DNA from: Girardia tigrina
Taxonomy: Eukaryota
Direction: 5' to 3'
DNA: 50,676 nucleotides
Assembly: GCA_001938485.1 (NCBI GenBank)
Contig: MQRK01228241.1
Span: 1 to 50,676 of the forward strand
Shown here: positions 24,401 to 38,640 of the stretch, piece by piece
Layout of the letters: each line of letters begins with the position of its first letter
Position numbering within the stretch: position 1 is the stretch's first letter
The notes under the pieces: model-generated
Databases searched by the model: none
What the model was told of the DNA's origin: nothing
What the model saw: only the letters and a program-made list of their open reading frames with translations
Program-made: the position numbers and the translations under genes

Positions 24401-26859
24401 TTAGAAATTTTATAAATTAACAAATTATCACAAGCGACTTCAGTGATTATTTTTTATCATCAAAATAGTTAATTATTTACCATCAAAGTTTTAATTTTAT
24501 ATCGTCTTTATGTAAATTTTCATTTTTGGATCCTGTATTAATACTTAGTTACATTTTATATTATTAGTTTAACGTTGTCCTTATCTTAAATTTTGATAAA
24601 TAATAAATATTATAAAATATTTTTTTATTTTTTTTTCTATTGGTTTTATTTATAATTAAAAGAGAAATTAAATCATCAAATATTGTTCTAAACTTTCTTT
24701 TTTAAGTACTATAAAAAGTTATAATACCAAAATGTAAAATATAACAAATTTCATATAAAAGTTATTTTTGGGTTCCATATTATCAAATATTATTAATAAT
24801 TATAACAATAAAATTATATTTTTCAGATAAATATAAAATAGCATAAATAAATAATATTTAAATTGACAGATTATGTTATATAGTAGCATTTAATGTGTTA
24901 ACCCTTTCGGTAGCTCTCTTTGACCGGAGATATAATCGATGATTACTCATTTTCTTTGATAATATTACGTGAAATAAGAAGTTTATATTTTTATGAGGTC
25001 ATGATAACTCAAAGTAAATTCGAATTGCAAATACAAGCTCACTTTTTAAGTGCATTTATGCCCATTTAATAATAAACGAGTTAAGAATATTTTCAAAAAT
25101 ATTATGAAATTTTCATAAAAAAGTATGAATTTATATTCCGAAGATAAAACGTCACTGGTATTATACAAATTTATAAAGGTGGTTTCTCAAAACTTTTATT
25201 TTTCAAAGTTTAAACTAAAAATAATATTCTCAACTTAAGATTTTCATACATATATTAATAACGAATAGAAAGAAAAATAAACTAAAAATGATTAACACAT
25301 TTTATGTAATGGATTATTTCTCCGGAAGTTCCTAATCCTCTAATAGACAAGATTTTTTATAGAATATGACAAATAATTGTTGCAAATTTAACTAATTTTA
25401 ATTTGAAGTTAAACGTAAAATTAATTAATATCTTTTGAGAAACATATAAACTTTTATACTAAAATAAGTGCAATAGATTTTTTACATAATTATTTTAATT
25501 AAATTTGATTAAATATTGTTAAAATAAATTAATTTAAATAATATAAGCATAAATAAATTTCTTCAAACTCTTTTTTCAATTAAAATATTATTAATAATAT
25601 TCCATTTCCTTAATTATAAAATGATTTTTTTTCTATTTTTAAAAAATCATTTCAAATATTTTTTGAATGAATTTAAAATATAATTTGTTTCTGTAATTAA
25701 ATGTTAATTACATTCTCGTTTCTCTGCATTATAAATATTTTGCATTTAAACAAACAAATCTAATTCCGAGAAAATAAACGTTTAAATATATAATCGATGC
25801 AAATATATTCGTTTATTTATTTCTATTATATTATGAAAAATAATAAATAAATTATATATTAAAGTACCTTTATTTTTATTTTATTTCAGTTCTTCTCATG
25901 ATCAAAGATGTAATTAATATAATAAAGTGTTTTTGTTATATATTGTTAATGTTTTATTGTTTTATGTATAGAAAAATGCTTTTAATATTATATTTTTAAT
26001 GTTTCTCGATAGGTATAAGTTTACTAAGACACAAATTAAAAAAATAATATTATTAAACTGATTTTATTATTTTGTATTTTTGTAAAAAAAACGTTGTATA
26101 ATTAAATAATATTCGTTTAAATTTATTTTTCCAATAAAATTTGACATTTTCTTAGATATTTATTTGTATATTTATTTGTATATCGAAATAAACATTTATT
26201 ATTCTAATTTTATAAATTTTTCAGTTTGACCAAATGAAGAATATTTAATTATTTATAATATCGACCAAACAAACACGAATCGACGGTTAAATAAGTTCGT
26301 GGTTTAAAAGTTTATAAACCTTTAAAACATTTTGTAATTATCATGATGTTTGAGTCATTATAGGAAACTATTATAGGAAATTTTATACTATTAATATTTC
26401 TATAACAAGAAGGATGTTCGAGACGAGTATGAAGGGTTGATGCTTCACTACTCATGGGTTGCTTTAGAATGCCTTTTTTATGAGCACTAGCTGAATTAAA
26501 TTATTTAAAATTCAACAAATCATCCAAAAAGGATTTTCTAAACTATTATTACATTTTTATTTTATTATTAATATTAAAAATACTTCTCTTCGTTGACATG
26601 AGATTTATGTGAAGTAAATTCCGTTGCAGACATGCGAAAATGTCGATTCAACGTGATAATTCATGCATCAGTCGTCTTGTCACAGACGGAATAATAATTT
26701 CAATTTATAAATAAATTTTGTAGAGAATAAATATAAAATTTATAAATGAAGTCTATATGTAAAAATTATACAGTAAATATTTTACCAGTCAGTATTATGT
26801 ATAAATTAAAAAATCTAGTTCAAACTTTAAGATCTACATTATGGATTTTATTAAGTTTA

Positions 26860-27680
26860 TGAGTACGTATCCTCCAAAAATTACTAATATAACTGGTGCG
26901 AATCGTAGTTAAAGTTATTGATCAGTTCTCTGATAAATGGTGCGGGAAAGTAGACAAAAATATATGTAATATTTTGAAGGGCAAAAGACGTCATAGTTTG
27001 AGATGATCCCAACACTGATAGTACTTGTAAAAAAAAAGGATTGAACCAAACAAATGAATTTAAGGCAGAAAATGGGACAGATCTGGGAGTTGATAAATTT
27101 TATTTGTTTGATACAATAATACGAACATTTGACATTTAAATCAACGGAAAATAAAACCATATCTGAATAATGTATATTTTTTTGATAAAGCGAAGTTCTC
27201 ATTGTATCCTTCCTTAAACAAACAAAAAAATCGTATAAACCGACAACTAAATGTGAGATCTGATGTATAAGATGAAGAATTGTGTACGAAATACAATAAG
27301 TTACATCTATCGGATGATGTTATTGTTATGCTAGTGTTACATGACATTGAAAAGCGGACTTGAAATTTGTTGAAGGAGAATATTGTATTCACCAAAAAAC
27401 AAAAGATGTTAAGTAATATGAAGATGTTTTGAGCAAATTAAAATTCACAGATAGGAACCAATTCAAATACTCACGTAAATTACAGCTAACTTTATTGAGC
27501 CTGAAGTCTGACTTTCGAGACTTCTCTGAAAACTAAAATGTAAAGGAATACTGTCTGAACCTTTTTTATTACTAGAGATACATAGAATCAATATTAAAAT
27601 AACGAGTATTAATGAATTGAAACACTTCTTAATTAATTACAGAAATTAAATGTAAAATGCAACATCAATAATATTTTTAG
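26860..27680 (+). mobile_element. Highly degenerate Tc1/mariner-superfamily transposase
   Basis: CIFFDKAKFSLYPSLNKQKNRI resembles FSDExxFxL..NKQNxR; NELKHFL near the end. Confidence 0.4.
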
Positions 27681-28314
27681 GGTTACAATCTTTATCTGGT
27701 ATGAAACAAATTTAGATGAACTACCGTGTTTTACCAATAATGAGAAATTTTAAGAGGCTTCTTTTCCGGATTGGTCTTGTTGAAGAACCAAAAAATTCAA
27801 AAAAATTTATTTTACCATACTTTTTGTATATGTTCACCGTTTTGTTGTCCGTTTGGGTGGAATTTGTCTATCGATTTCAAAGTATCCTACTTTTTAGCTA
27901 GTGCTTAAAATTTTTGAACACTGCCAAGTTTCGATTAGTGTTGGTTTTTGTTTACAAAGTTTTCTTACAAACCAATAAAACTACTTTTTATTTTGTAAGT
28001 AGATGATTCTTTTTTAATAAATATTATATTATTTAATTCTAATTTAGAAGTTTGTTTACATTTATTATTTTCAAAAAATTTATTACAGAAAAAATAATTT
28101 GGTAAAATTTTACTGATTATAGTAATTTTTGGAAAATAAAATATTTTAAAAAAGTGAAAAAAAGTTTCAGTTTAGATTCGAGCGGAAGAAAAAAGCAAAT
28201 AATAAAGTAATAAGTAAACGATAAAATGTGGTAAAATAAAAGCTATTTTTATACTTGTGACTATTATATACTGTTAGGGCTAACCAACTTATAATTTAAA
28301 TATTTTAAAATAGC

Positions 28315-28346
<32 letters not shown>

Positions 28347-28519
28347 TAAAGAGATTAATGTTTAACAGTGTTAATAACGACTAACACAATTTATTAAAAT
28401 AGATTATAATCTAATAAATTGTTAATAAATTTTAAAAAATATAACGTTATAATATCGAACCTAACATATACCACTAAGAAATGTACATAAAATAAATCAC
28501 AAATAAACATTTTTTATCC

Positions 28520-29330
28520 AAACACTTCTCTATTAACTAGTTCTGCTAGATCCTCAAAGTCATTTATGTATTATTTTCAGAAATAATATCTTTTAATTTT
28601 AATTCGAGTTGACCTACACTTTCGTGTATTGCAATGTGACCTTCCTTAACTGATACTGCTTTAATTATACAACCTGTCTTTAAAACATTCAAAAGACAAC
28701 TATCAGTAATTTTACTCCATGTATTCTTGACTAAAAATATAAATTATTGTACTTTATGTTTCACATTTTGTTTTATTCGTTTCTCCATATAATCATTTAT
28801 TTCCTGTTTTGAATAATTATAAAAAAAAGTTTTTTTTAAAAATATCTTACGTTTGAAGATAAGGTATCATTCCTTTGCTTCATTTTTCTTGCAGAATCCA
28901 AAGTAATAAAATTTTTTTTTAATTCACAGTAAAATTTATATAACATAATATTTATCCATTTTTTAAAAACAGATTGCGTATTTCAGGCCTTTTCAAATTC
29001 TAATGTAAAAACCCAACACAATATTATGTTTTTTCCTCTTGTATTAATAATAAGTAATGGAGACACTTTTTTTACCATCTAAGTGTATTCTAATAATAAA
29101 TGTAATACAAAGGTTTTCATAACCAGTTGAAGGGAAATAAATTGATAATTATCTTAAAATATAAACGACTCTTTGTGTTTCGTGACCCAAAAACAGCTAG
29201 CAGCTTCATTCATCGTAGTCATATTTGAGACCTGATATCCTGATAAATCAAAGTCATCAATAAATTATGTAATCTTTAATTCTCTAGCAGCAGCTTCATA
29301 ACCTTAAAGCTTTAATTTAGTTTTCAATAT
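28520..29330 (-). mobile_element. pogo/Tigger (DDE_1) transposase remnant
   Basis: QVSNM, STGYE, DGKKVSPLLII, A*NTQSVFKKWI, ITLDSAR and KNTWSKITDSCLLNVFK, in order on the minus strand. Confidence 0.7.
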
Positions 29331-29506
29331 TACTAAAGAAAATTCTTATCATAAAAAAAGTAAAGTGTCTCCATGAATCATTGTATAACCGAGATCTAAT
29401 GATCAGATACAGATTCATTAAGGGATATATTTTTTTTAAACATTGTTTAATATCGAAGGATTGTTTACCTATTCATTGTGTAATCACTAAAACCATTGAA
29501 TATTCT

Positions 29507-29828
29507 CAATAAAGTAGAAGAGGATGGTGTTTTAACGTAGATTTTTGGATCAAGAGCCTTAATCATCAATTAAATGTAATGGGTGTTGCCTCACATACAT
29601 TAGAGAGACATGTTGTAAACGAAACCAGAAGCAAGATCGAAAAGAGGATGACAGTTACATTGCTCAACATAGAAAGAAATGTTTAGATATAGTAGTACAT
29701 TTAAACAATTTTAATATTTTGTGTTCACAATTTTCTAATTACTGGGAGAGGTGATGTGTGAAGCACTGATGATTAAGGCTCTTCATTCAAAAATCAACGT
29801 GCAAACACCATCCTCTTCTACTTTATTG
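29507..29828. mobile_element. MITE with ~60-bp TIRs
   Basis: CAATAAAGTAGAAGAGGATGGTGTTT...AAGAGCCTTAATCATCA is mirrored by TGATGATTAAGGCTCTT...AAACACCATCCTCTTCTACTTTATTG. Confidence 0.85.
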
Positions 29829-31259
29829 TTTAAAATATTTCGTTTAATTAATACTATTTGCCTAAAAACGGAAATAACAATATTTAGTCACAATTTGACA
29901 TTTATAACCAATAAGTAATAATAGGTGCCACTAATAATTACGTTATTTAAAGATGAAATCATCATTATTTAAAACACTTATGGCTATTAAAAGAATGATT
30001 TACATTAAAAGATTGTCTTCTTTATTTAGATGGATATCAATTGAAATTCTAACGAAAGGAAAACGTTTCTCTTAAAATAGATTTACTGATTAATTTTCAA
30101 ATTTAATTAATTTAATATAAAATATGGGATGTACTTTATTTATATTTCTCCAAGTTTAAATCTAAATTTATATTCAATTATAATTGAAAAGAAAATATAT
30201 TTAAAATTTGATTAAAACAATTTTGATGTATTTCTTTAAAGTTAATTACGAATGTCATCAAATATTCCTGAATATTTCCCAAATATTTGCCATATTTCTT
30301 CAGGTTCACATAAGCGATGTTCCTAAGTAAACTTGATTAATTTCCTTCTTTTATGTTATTTAGTAATTCAATAACTATATATATATATATATTTATATAC
30401 ACGTATAAATAATTTTGTTAATGTTTTTTAAGAAATTGATAATTGTACTTGTTTTGGTAATTATTTTTCTATCATCAGCAATTATATTTGTTAGTTACTT
30501 TTTTTGAATAAAAATTCAAAATGGATAAACTATTCGTAGTGCTGTATAGACCAAACCAAGGATTTTAAACGAATTTTACAAAAAAGGGCCCCAGAGTAAC
30601 TATGATCACAATTATGAAAGGACAATTACTGAAACACTGTTAATAAACTTTTATAAACCTAGTTTAAATGTGCAAAATATATCGTCCAATCATATTAAAG
30701 TATTTTGATGTAACCCATTGTGACATAATGATCATATTACAATATAAACAATAACTTTTTACTTAAATACAGAACAGAAGTTGCCATAAAAATGGCAAAA
30801 CAAGTTTTCAAATAGAATTTAACATTGAAATGGTGTTATTTTAATCTACTTGCAAATTAGTCATTTGACTTAAGTATTAATGTAAAAAAATATATATAAT
30901 TTTTGAACAAACCGATTTGGGGCCCCTGTGTCCAAGTTGCTTTATTTTCAAAATTTGCGTTATTAAATTTCACTCGATTTTCGTATTTAATATATACCGA
31001 GAAAACAAAACTTTGAATCCAAAACAACCATAAATAATTATTCCTTCTATACTCATATATCCCTTCTTTTTCTAATGACTCCTTCTTAATGTTTCCAAAG
31101 TTCCTTTCATTTTAATTTGTTAACACTATATAATTTCTTCGACTTCTATGCAGACCTCTCAGGTACACGATAAACAGTTTAGTTTTATCCAAATGTTCAC
31201 TAAAACAAATAATCAAGATACAAAATATTATATTTATTTTATAGTTATATTTATGTGTA

Positions 31260-31530
31260 TTTTGATAGTTATTGGGAGATATTGTCGCATGAAACATTGT
31301 TAATTAGGTTACGTTGACCTAAAATCAATGTGCAATCGGTAGTCTCAACCTGCTTATTGAGAATTTTTGATTAGCGTAATTTAAGAAATCGATGACATAA
31401 TCACAATTTTGGTATTTATATACCTGTATTACAGGTAAATTAAATTAATTATCAGTGAACTGAAGATGACGGTTGATCCGTCGAAATATGCTGTCTATAA
31501 GCTTATTTTTAAATGGATAAATTTTGTTTT
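31260..31530 (+). mobile_element. Penelope-like element 3' end (GIY-YIG C-terminus plus pLTR)
   Basis: FDSYWEILSHETLLIRLR*PKINVQ is homologous to FKNYWERATCEVLYIRSLDPKINVQ at 44.7 kb; followed by a hammerhead core. Confidence 0.7.
31450..31500 (+). ncRNA. Minimal hammerhead ribozyme (degenerate stems I and III)
   Basis: CTGAAGA-T-GACGG-TTGAT-CCGTC-GAAA. Confidence 0.65.
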
Positions 31531-31889
31531 TAATTTTCATTGGAATTGAAGTCTATCAATTATATTTATATTTTTAAGATTATTTCATATTGACGATCTA
31601 TCATCAACATTTTTGAAGAATTTAATTTTTGAATGTCAACAATTTGCGGTTGGATTTCATATTTTTTTTCATTTATTCTTGGAAATTTGAATTGAAATCG
31701 CAAACGAAATTTGAATAAATGATCCTAAATTGTAAAAATGATAAAAAATGTTAAAGAAAATTATAAGCTAGCAAAAAGTCTTGTAAAATTAGTTTGCTTA
31801 AGTAGTTGCGATTTAATTTACATCACAAGTCACAAATGGCAGCTGTTATCAGCGCGTGGCCAAATTTGATTAATTATCCTTACATAAAA

Positions 31890-32980
31890 ATTAATTATCT
31901 AACAAAAAATAAAACGAAATCATTAAATTTATAATTAATTTTTTTTATTATTATTAAAATAAAAAATATATATTTTACATAAAAAAATATTTTATTGGTT
32001 GAAACAGTTTCCCAATAAATTTGTAAGAAATATTTTCTAATATTATTAAAAACAAAATGAAAATAAATTTTAAAAAAATATTAAAAAAATATATCTTTTT
32101 TCACCACAATAAAATAAAAATATTAAAATTTTTAATTAATTGTTTTGAACAAATTATTTTTTTTCAAAAAGAAAATATTATTTTCAAAAATTAGGAAAAC
32201 TGAAAAAAATATTTATATTTCATCCAACTAAAAAATTAAATGAGAGAGAATATTCTGATTAAAAATGTTATAATAATAAAATTATAATTATTTATCTAAC
32301 AGAAAACAAAATCATTTAATTTATGATTTTGTAATATTATAATTATTAAATAAAAAAAATTATACCTAAAAAATTATATTATTAGTCAACATGGTTTTCT
32401 AGAGTCAATAAGTTATTAAAAATTTTAATTTTTTGGAAAATAAATAAAATATTAAAAAATAATTTTTATAATAATATTAATTTTTTTCTTTCCTCACTAA
32501 AAATATTAAAATTCTTTAATTAATATTTTTAAAGAAAAATAATTTTTTTTGCAAATAAAATAATTTTTTCAAAACAATTATATTTCATCCCACTAAAATT
32601 CATTATGATTAAAATTATTACAATTAAAAAATCATAATTATTTATCACTACAAAAAATAAAACATAATTTATAATTAATTATTATTTTAATTATTAAAAT
32701 ACAAAAATACATCTAAATTATTTTATTGGTTGACACTGTTTCCTAAAGAATCATTAATAATTATTTTCTAAAATTATTTGAAATAAAATAATGAAAAATA
32801 ATTTTTTAAATATTATTGATTTTCTTTCCACATTAAAATAAAAATCCTAAAAATTTTTAATTTATATTTTTGAATAAATTATTTTTTTGGTAAACGAAGC
32901 ATATTTTTCAAAAAAAATTGGGAAAAGAGGAAATAATTATTTTTATTTCGTCCCACTAAAAATTATGAGAGAATATTAAT
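31890..32980. repeat. Three diverged ~350-400-bp AT-rich tandem units
   Basis: Landmarks TTATC(T/A)..., TTGGTTGA(A/C)AC.GTTTCC and CATCC(C/A)ACTAAAA recur in the same order three times. Confidence 0.7.
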
Positions 32981-33099
32981 GTGCAATGAATAAATATTGC
33001 ACCCAATTTTATCACAGTGCTTTTTTGTAATAAACAGCGGATAAATCAATAAATATATATATTTATCAACCCGGATTTATTGTGGGTAAGCTCCATCAC

Positions 33100-33307
33100 C
33101 TGAATGAAGTGTATCGTGCAGCTTGAGTGTGTGTGTTCGTGTGTGTATTGATGTGTGTGTCTGTGTGTGCGATGGTGTTTGACAAATACACTTCAAACAA
33201 TTTATTGACTCATTGATTTTCTACTGGTCGAATTTCGCTGGGTTTAATTTCGATAAAATATAATTGATTATATTTTTTATATTTGGAATTTATATATTAA
33301 TATTTCG
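33100..33307 (+). other. Putative talin 5'-UTR exon/promoter with an imperfect (TG)n tract
   Basis: Relatively GC-richer segment, TG tract at 33126-33170, donor CG|GTAAGA at 33308; the next acceptor TTTTTAG is at 33564-33565. Start coordinate approximate. Confidence 0.45.
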
Positions 33308-33576
33308 GTAAGAAATAATATATTTGGAATTATATTTAACAATAATAATTTTAAAAATAATTGATAAATAAAAATAATGACAATTTGAAAATTTAATTAT
33401 CAAAACAAATGATTTAAATAACAAAATAATAATAAAATGTACAAAATAATTAATAAATAAAAAAATAATGAAGTAACTTAAAATAATTTTTTTTTAATTA
33501 TTTTGCTTTTTTTAAAAAAAATATCATAATTTATAAAAATAAAATTTATGATTTATTGTTTTTAGTTATATCTGAA

Positions 33577-33739
33577 ATGAAAACGCTTTTATCTTCGAGC
33601 TCTATTGTTTTGAAAATTCATATTGTACACGCTGGGGCCACCAAATCGATCCCCTTGGATTTGAATGCTCCCATTTATGCGGTCTGTGAACATATTCGAT
33701 CAATGATCCGAGAAGCTGAACCAGAAACCGGGAAAGAAA
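33577..33739 (+). CDS. TLN: Talin, coding exon 1 (FERM F0)
   Basis: MKTLLSSSSIVLKIHIVHAGATKSIPLDLNAPIYAVCEHIRSMIREAEPETGKE aligns with talin LSLKISI..VVKTMQFEPSTMVYDACRIIRERIPEA; GTAAAC donor, phase 1. Confidence 0.9.
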
Positions 33740-34759
33740 GTAAACTGAAATTTGTTTTCTTTATAATAAACCATTGCCTGATCAAGTAAATTTTAAATAA
33801 TTTTCTATAAAAAACTTGTAAAATGTCCTTATTATTTTAAGAAAAAATATTTTGTGTCATAATTAATTGATGTTTGGTTATTTAATATATTTTTTAGAAT
33901 TTATTATTAGTCCTATTATTACTATTATTATTATTATTATTATTATTATGGGAATCTGTAACTACTATAGGAGATTCATAAATGGTTACTCCAAAAAAGC
34001 CAGGGCGTTAGAAGGTTATGCTGATCGAATAAACTAGTGTGGACAGACTCATTTGGATAAATAAACTGGAAGATAAAGAGAAAAACAAATAGTAAGAAAT
34101 GTCGAAAAGTTCAAAAAATTTAAAGAAAAGGGGGAATGTTAACAATTAAAAATGCTATGAAAATTTTGAAAGAAGATTATATTAAATATGTACAAATTAA
34201 AATTTTTATATAATTAAACATGCAACGTTTGAAAAAATAAAATTACTAAAATTAAGAAGATCAATTAAATTGCTAATAAAAAAATTTTTTTGAGAGTTTT
34301 AATATAATATAAAAAGTAAAATGTATAATTTTTATATGTGGAGCGATTTTAAAAAAAATTAATAAAATTAAACGAAATGATTAAATATTTAATAATGTTA
34401 TCATAATTTCAAATTGATTTATAAAAGTAATGAAAAAAATCAAGTAATCAAATATATATAAAATTTTATCACTACCTTTAATTATTTTTATTTCAATCGT
34501 TAAAAGTGAGTTAAAGGATTTTGGAATATAATATTTGACCTTTCAACTCCTTTCTACAGTTTATAGAAGTAATGTGGGTTTAGAGATGGTGTATTTTTAT
34601 TTATATCGGTTTAAGCTTTATAAAACAAATTGTTTCTCGAAGAAAATAATAAGTTTGTTTAAATATTAGAATTAAACATTTTTTTGTATGGTATAATAAC
34701 ATTTTTTATGTCAGAAATATCTATTAGTAATAATTCCGACGATGTTCCAAGAACCTCTA

Positions 34760-34772
34760 ATAATTATTATTA

Positions 34773-34826
<54 letters not shown>
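34760..34826. repeat. (ATT)n microsatellite (similar tracts at 33915-33949 and 45064-45112)
   Basis: Visible trinucleotide runs. Confidence 0.9.
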
Positions 34827-34827
<1 letters not shown>

Positions 34828-36849
34828 AGAGAGAAATTTTAACTGAGTAAATTATAAAATTGTATTTAAATAATAATTCTGAAATTTATTCCCGGAACTC
34901 TCATTTTAATTATTTTTGATTAAATATAGATTAGATATTATTCTCTTTCGTCTGTGAAATAATTATGTGTTTCCCAATTGAAAAATGATAACAAGGACAA
35001 AAAAGTTACAAGAAAAAAAGGAACAAAAACCAAACAAAAATGGCATATTTAATTAAGCTAATTTGTAAAACAATTGCAATTATTTTATAAAATTTTAAAA
35101 GAAGAAAACGGATTACCTAAATAAATTCAATTGGCAAAATAAATATCGTTTAAAAAAAACAAAAATACAAAAGACAAAGAAAAGGAAATGAAAATTTATT
35201 CGCATTTATATGTAATATCATTAATAAAATTTGATCGTCTTGAATTCTAGTTCGAATATTGGAAAACATTATAAGCGCAACTACCAAATTTTAAAAGGTT
35301 CTATTGTCTTATTTGGTTTACTTCACGAAGGCAGAACGATATACCTTCGATGATTTTTATATTACTTATTTTTTATTGATCGTATCTATTAAGAGGAAAA
35401 TAAGAAATGCCTTTATCTTTTCATTCACAAAATTATAATTTCAAAATTATTTTTTAATATTCATTTTTTTGCGTAATTCGAAAATCAAAAACCTCTCTAA
35501 ATCTAAATAAATACGAGGACTTTATAATTAACACTTGCCCACCCTACTGAGACGAATACCCCTTCTAATTTACATCTGTATTTCACGTAACAGTCTTCCG
35601 AAAACTATTAATTATTTCCATTTATCAAGATATAATAAATTCCTTAATCATAAATTCTAACAGCCAACAGAAATTTAATCCGAAGTTATTTTATTTCGTT
35701 GACTAAGCAACTTACATCTTTGCTTTTTAAAATTAGATTTATCGTGTTTAATAAAATTATAATTTTATAATAATAATAATAATAATAATAAAATTAATAG
35801 TAATAATAATTTTTCTTAAACAAAATTCTTTATTCTAAAATGATAGGTTTTTAATTATATTTTTTATTCAAAAAAATTTAGTATTTTAATAAATTAATTA
35901 TTATTTGAGAATGTGACATAAAATAATTTATATATATATTTTTCAGAAAAAAATTTTGAAAATAAATATTGAGAATATTGATTAAATATTTTTTTATCGA
36001 AACCAAAATTTGATATAAATATTTTTTAAATTTATTTTCCAAATTATAATATATTTTTGTTTTCATTATGATTAATTTTAAATATTATCTTTTTTCATGA
36101 TTTTCTTGTAAAAATGATATTTCAAAATAATGATCATAATACTATTAATAATAACTAAGGATAATCTATAATTATATGTTTATTTAAGTTTTCCAGAACA
36201 TCAAAAACTTTCTTCTCTTTTTTATTCTTTGAGAAGAACAAGTTGTTAAATAACATTTTTTTAAAGGAAATTTAAAAAATATTAAAAAATCTATGAATTA
36301 TATCTTACAAATAATTGTATACAATTGTATCGAAATGTCAGTGAAACTGTTTATTAAATCATTACGTTTCTATAATTTTATATTCTAAACTTTATTAATT
36401 CATATTATTTAGGAAAAAAATCTATAAAAAAATGAAGAAACTGATTTTCTCCTATTTTAATATTAATAATTAAATTTATTTTAATTAATTAACTAAATGA
36501 TTTGTTTTTATTATTAGTCAAAGAAATATTTAAATATTATTATAATAATATTATAATAATAATATTTTAATAATATAATATAATAATATTATATTATTAT
36601 AATAATAATAATTATTATTATTATATTATAAAATGTTTAATTTTGCAATTGTGTCAATTGTAAAATATTCTTTTTTTGTGATGTAAAAAAATAAAAATAA
36701 AATAAATTATCCTAATTTCTTAAAATATATCTCGGCGGTGATGAGTAAATAAAAATATCTCAAAAGAATAGAAAAACAATTAAAACAAAACAAACAATTT
36801 CAGTATTATATTTCCGTTTATGTCAGAATTTTGGATAATAAAAGTCTGG

Positions 36850-37619
36850 CAATCAGACAGGGAGCAAGAATGTTTTGATAAACTTGACATTAAGGATCAT
36901 TTTGTGATCCTCTTTCTTTAGAAGGGTTTTATACCTTTTCTTTGAGATTCTTTTTATATATTATGTATAAAATTTGAGTTTTCGAACTAGGTAAGCTTCT
37001 TCTGCATTTTTCAATATCGATAATCGCTTGTTTCCCGTAATAAACTGGTTCGAAGATAACTTTATTAGAAGACCTCGTCTAAATGTTTCAAGAGTTAATC
37101 CAAAATTTAATCCGAAAATTTAATTAGTATTTTCTGAAACACTAAATTGAGATGATCGAACTAACAATTTTCTTGAAGCGGCACATAGACGTCTTCAGTC
37201 GCAATTTGCAATGGATTATCCTTCAATTTGGAGATTTATTTCTGGATTGACAAATGTTCAAAAAACAAAAAATCAGCTTCACTTGTAGTTTATTTCTGGT
37301 GATGGATCGATGGAAAGACGAACCAAATGTAAACTTTAAACAATATAATTCATATTGTAATGTCAAAGTATCGAAGCTGAGACAGAATGGAATATATGCG
37401 ACGGATTGCGTCGAATTTTACATTTAATTAAGTTTCTGTATTTTAATGATTAATAAACTTTATTATCTGTCTTTAAATTTTAAAAAAATTTATTTATAGC
37501 AATTTTGAATTATTAAATTTTTATTGAATAAAACAATTTAAATAAATTTAAATCAAAAAATGAAATAAAAATAGAAATTTGATTGGCCAAAAGATCCGGA
37601 GCCAAAAGGTCGCGTACCC
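36850..37619 (+). mobile_element. MULE transposase 3' remnant with right terminus
   Basis: NWFEDNFIRR...DRTNNFLEAAHRRLQSQFAMDYPSIWRFISGL; terminal GGCCAAAAGATCCGGAGCCAAAAGGTCGCGTACCC. Confidence 0.8.
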
Positions 37620-38179
37620 AACATTGATTTTAGGGCAACGTGATCTAATTAACTATGCTTCACACGACACCCTCTGCAAATAACTATTAAAATGTACACA
37701 TTGAATCTTGAAATTATCAATTTTAATATTACATTTACAATTTTTCATTTACATTGTTTCTGCAATATTGGTCTTAAGACCCTTTCGACGATGTTCTTGA
37801 ATTCGTTTACAGAGATGAGGGGCAGTCTCTCCAATGAATGTGGCATAGTACCCATTACATATACATTCATAAACAATATCAGAACAAATTGTTAAAGGAG
37901 TAAGGAGATTTAATATTGAAAATATTTTGAATTAATATTATATAATACAATATAAAATTTAATTTATGGCTATATAGTTTGTTATAATAATGCATTTTAA
38001 AGTTTTTAAATCCTTCAAAATAAGGTACAATTAAACAATATTTAGGCATATTATTAATATCTAATGATACTTCGATTTATTTCTAAGTTTATGGCATGAT
38101 ATTGTCATAATAGGCACAAAATTTCATATCTTTAGAAACATCAGTGTAAAAGTTTAAAAAAAAAGAAACATCAGTTGTA

Positions 38180-38640
38180 CAGTTTATTCCGGGGATGGAT
38201 GTTTAAAATCTGTTTTCGTTTTACTTCATCAATCTTGAAAATCTTATATTATACATATTCCATAATTTTATCTTCTTCGTTTATGTTGCTTTCTTTTTTC
38301 TTTTAAAATCAATGAAGTGCTTGTTTTGATTCTGTATTTTCAGGATGAATAAAATATTAGCGTTTTCGTCGAATAACGTTGAAGTATTACTTATCTTACG
38401 CATTTGATCTCGTAAAGGTTAGGCTGGAGTTAGCTATTAGTTTAGTACTTGGCGTTTATAGTCCATAAAAATTCAATAATTTGGTCTATTTCATTTAAAG
38501 CTTTAGATGTGACTATCTTGTCCATGGTCTCATTGAATGGAACTCTTTATGTCAATATTTTGTTATTTTTCATTCCGGGAATCGGAAATATTATACGTTA
38601 ACTAGAGCATTTTCCGACACATTTCCCTATGTAGCTAAAT
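38180..38640 (-). mobile_element. Possible degenerate Gypsy pol (RT-RNase H connection) fragment
   Basis: Weak MDKIV, LNFMDY and PLRDQMRK segments. Confidence 0.3.

Noticed and set aside
24898-24930. piggyBac-like end TTAA|CCCTTT
   Set aside because: No matching opposite TIR or transposase was found.
33740-33789. Read-through C-terminus of ORF 33556-33789
   Set aside because: Talin homology continues only after splicing to 40838, so this part is intronic.
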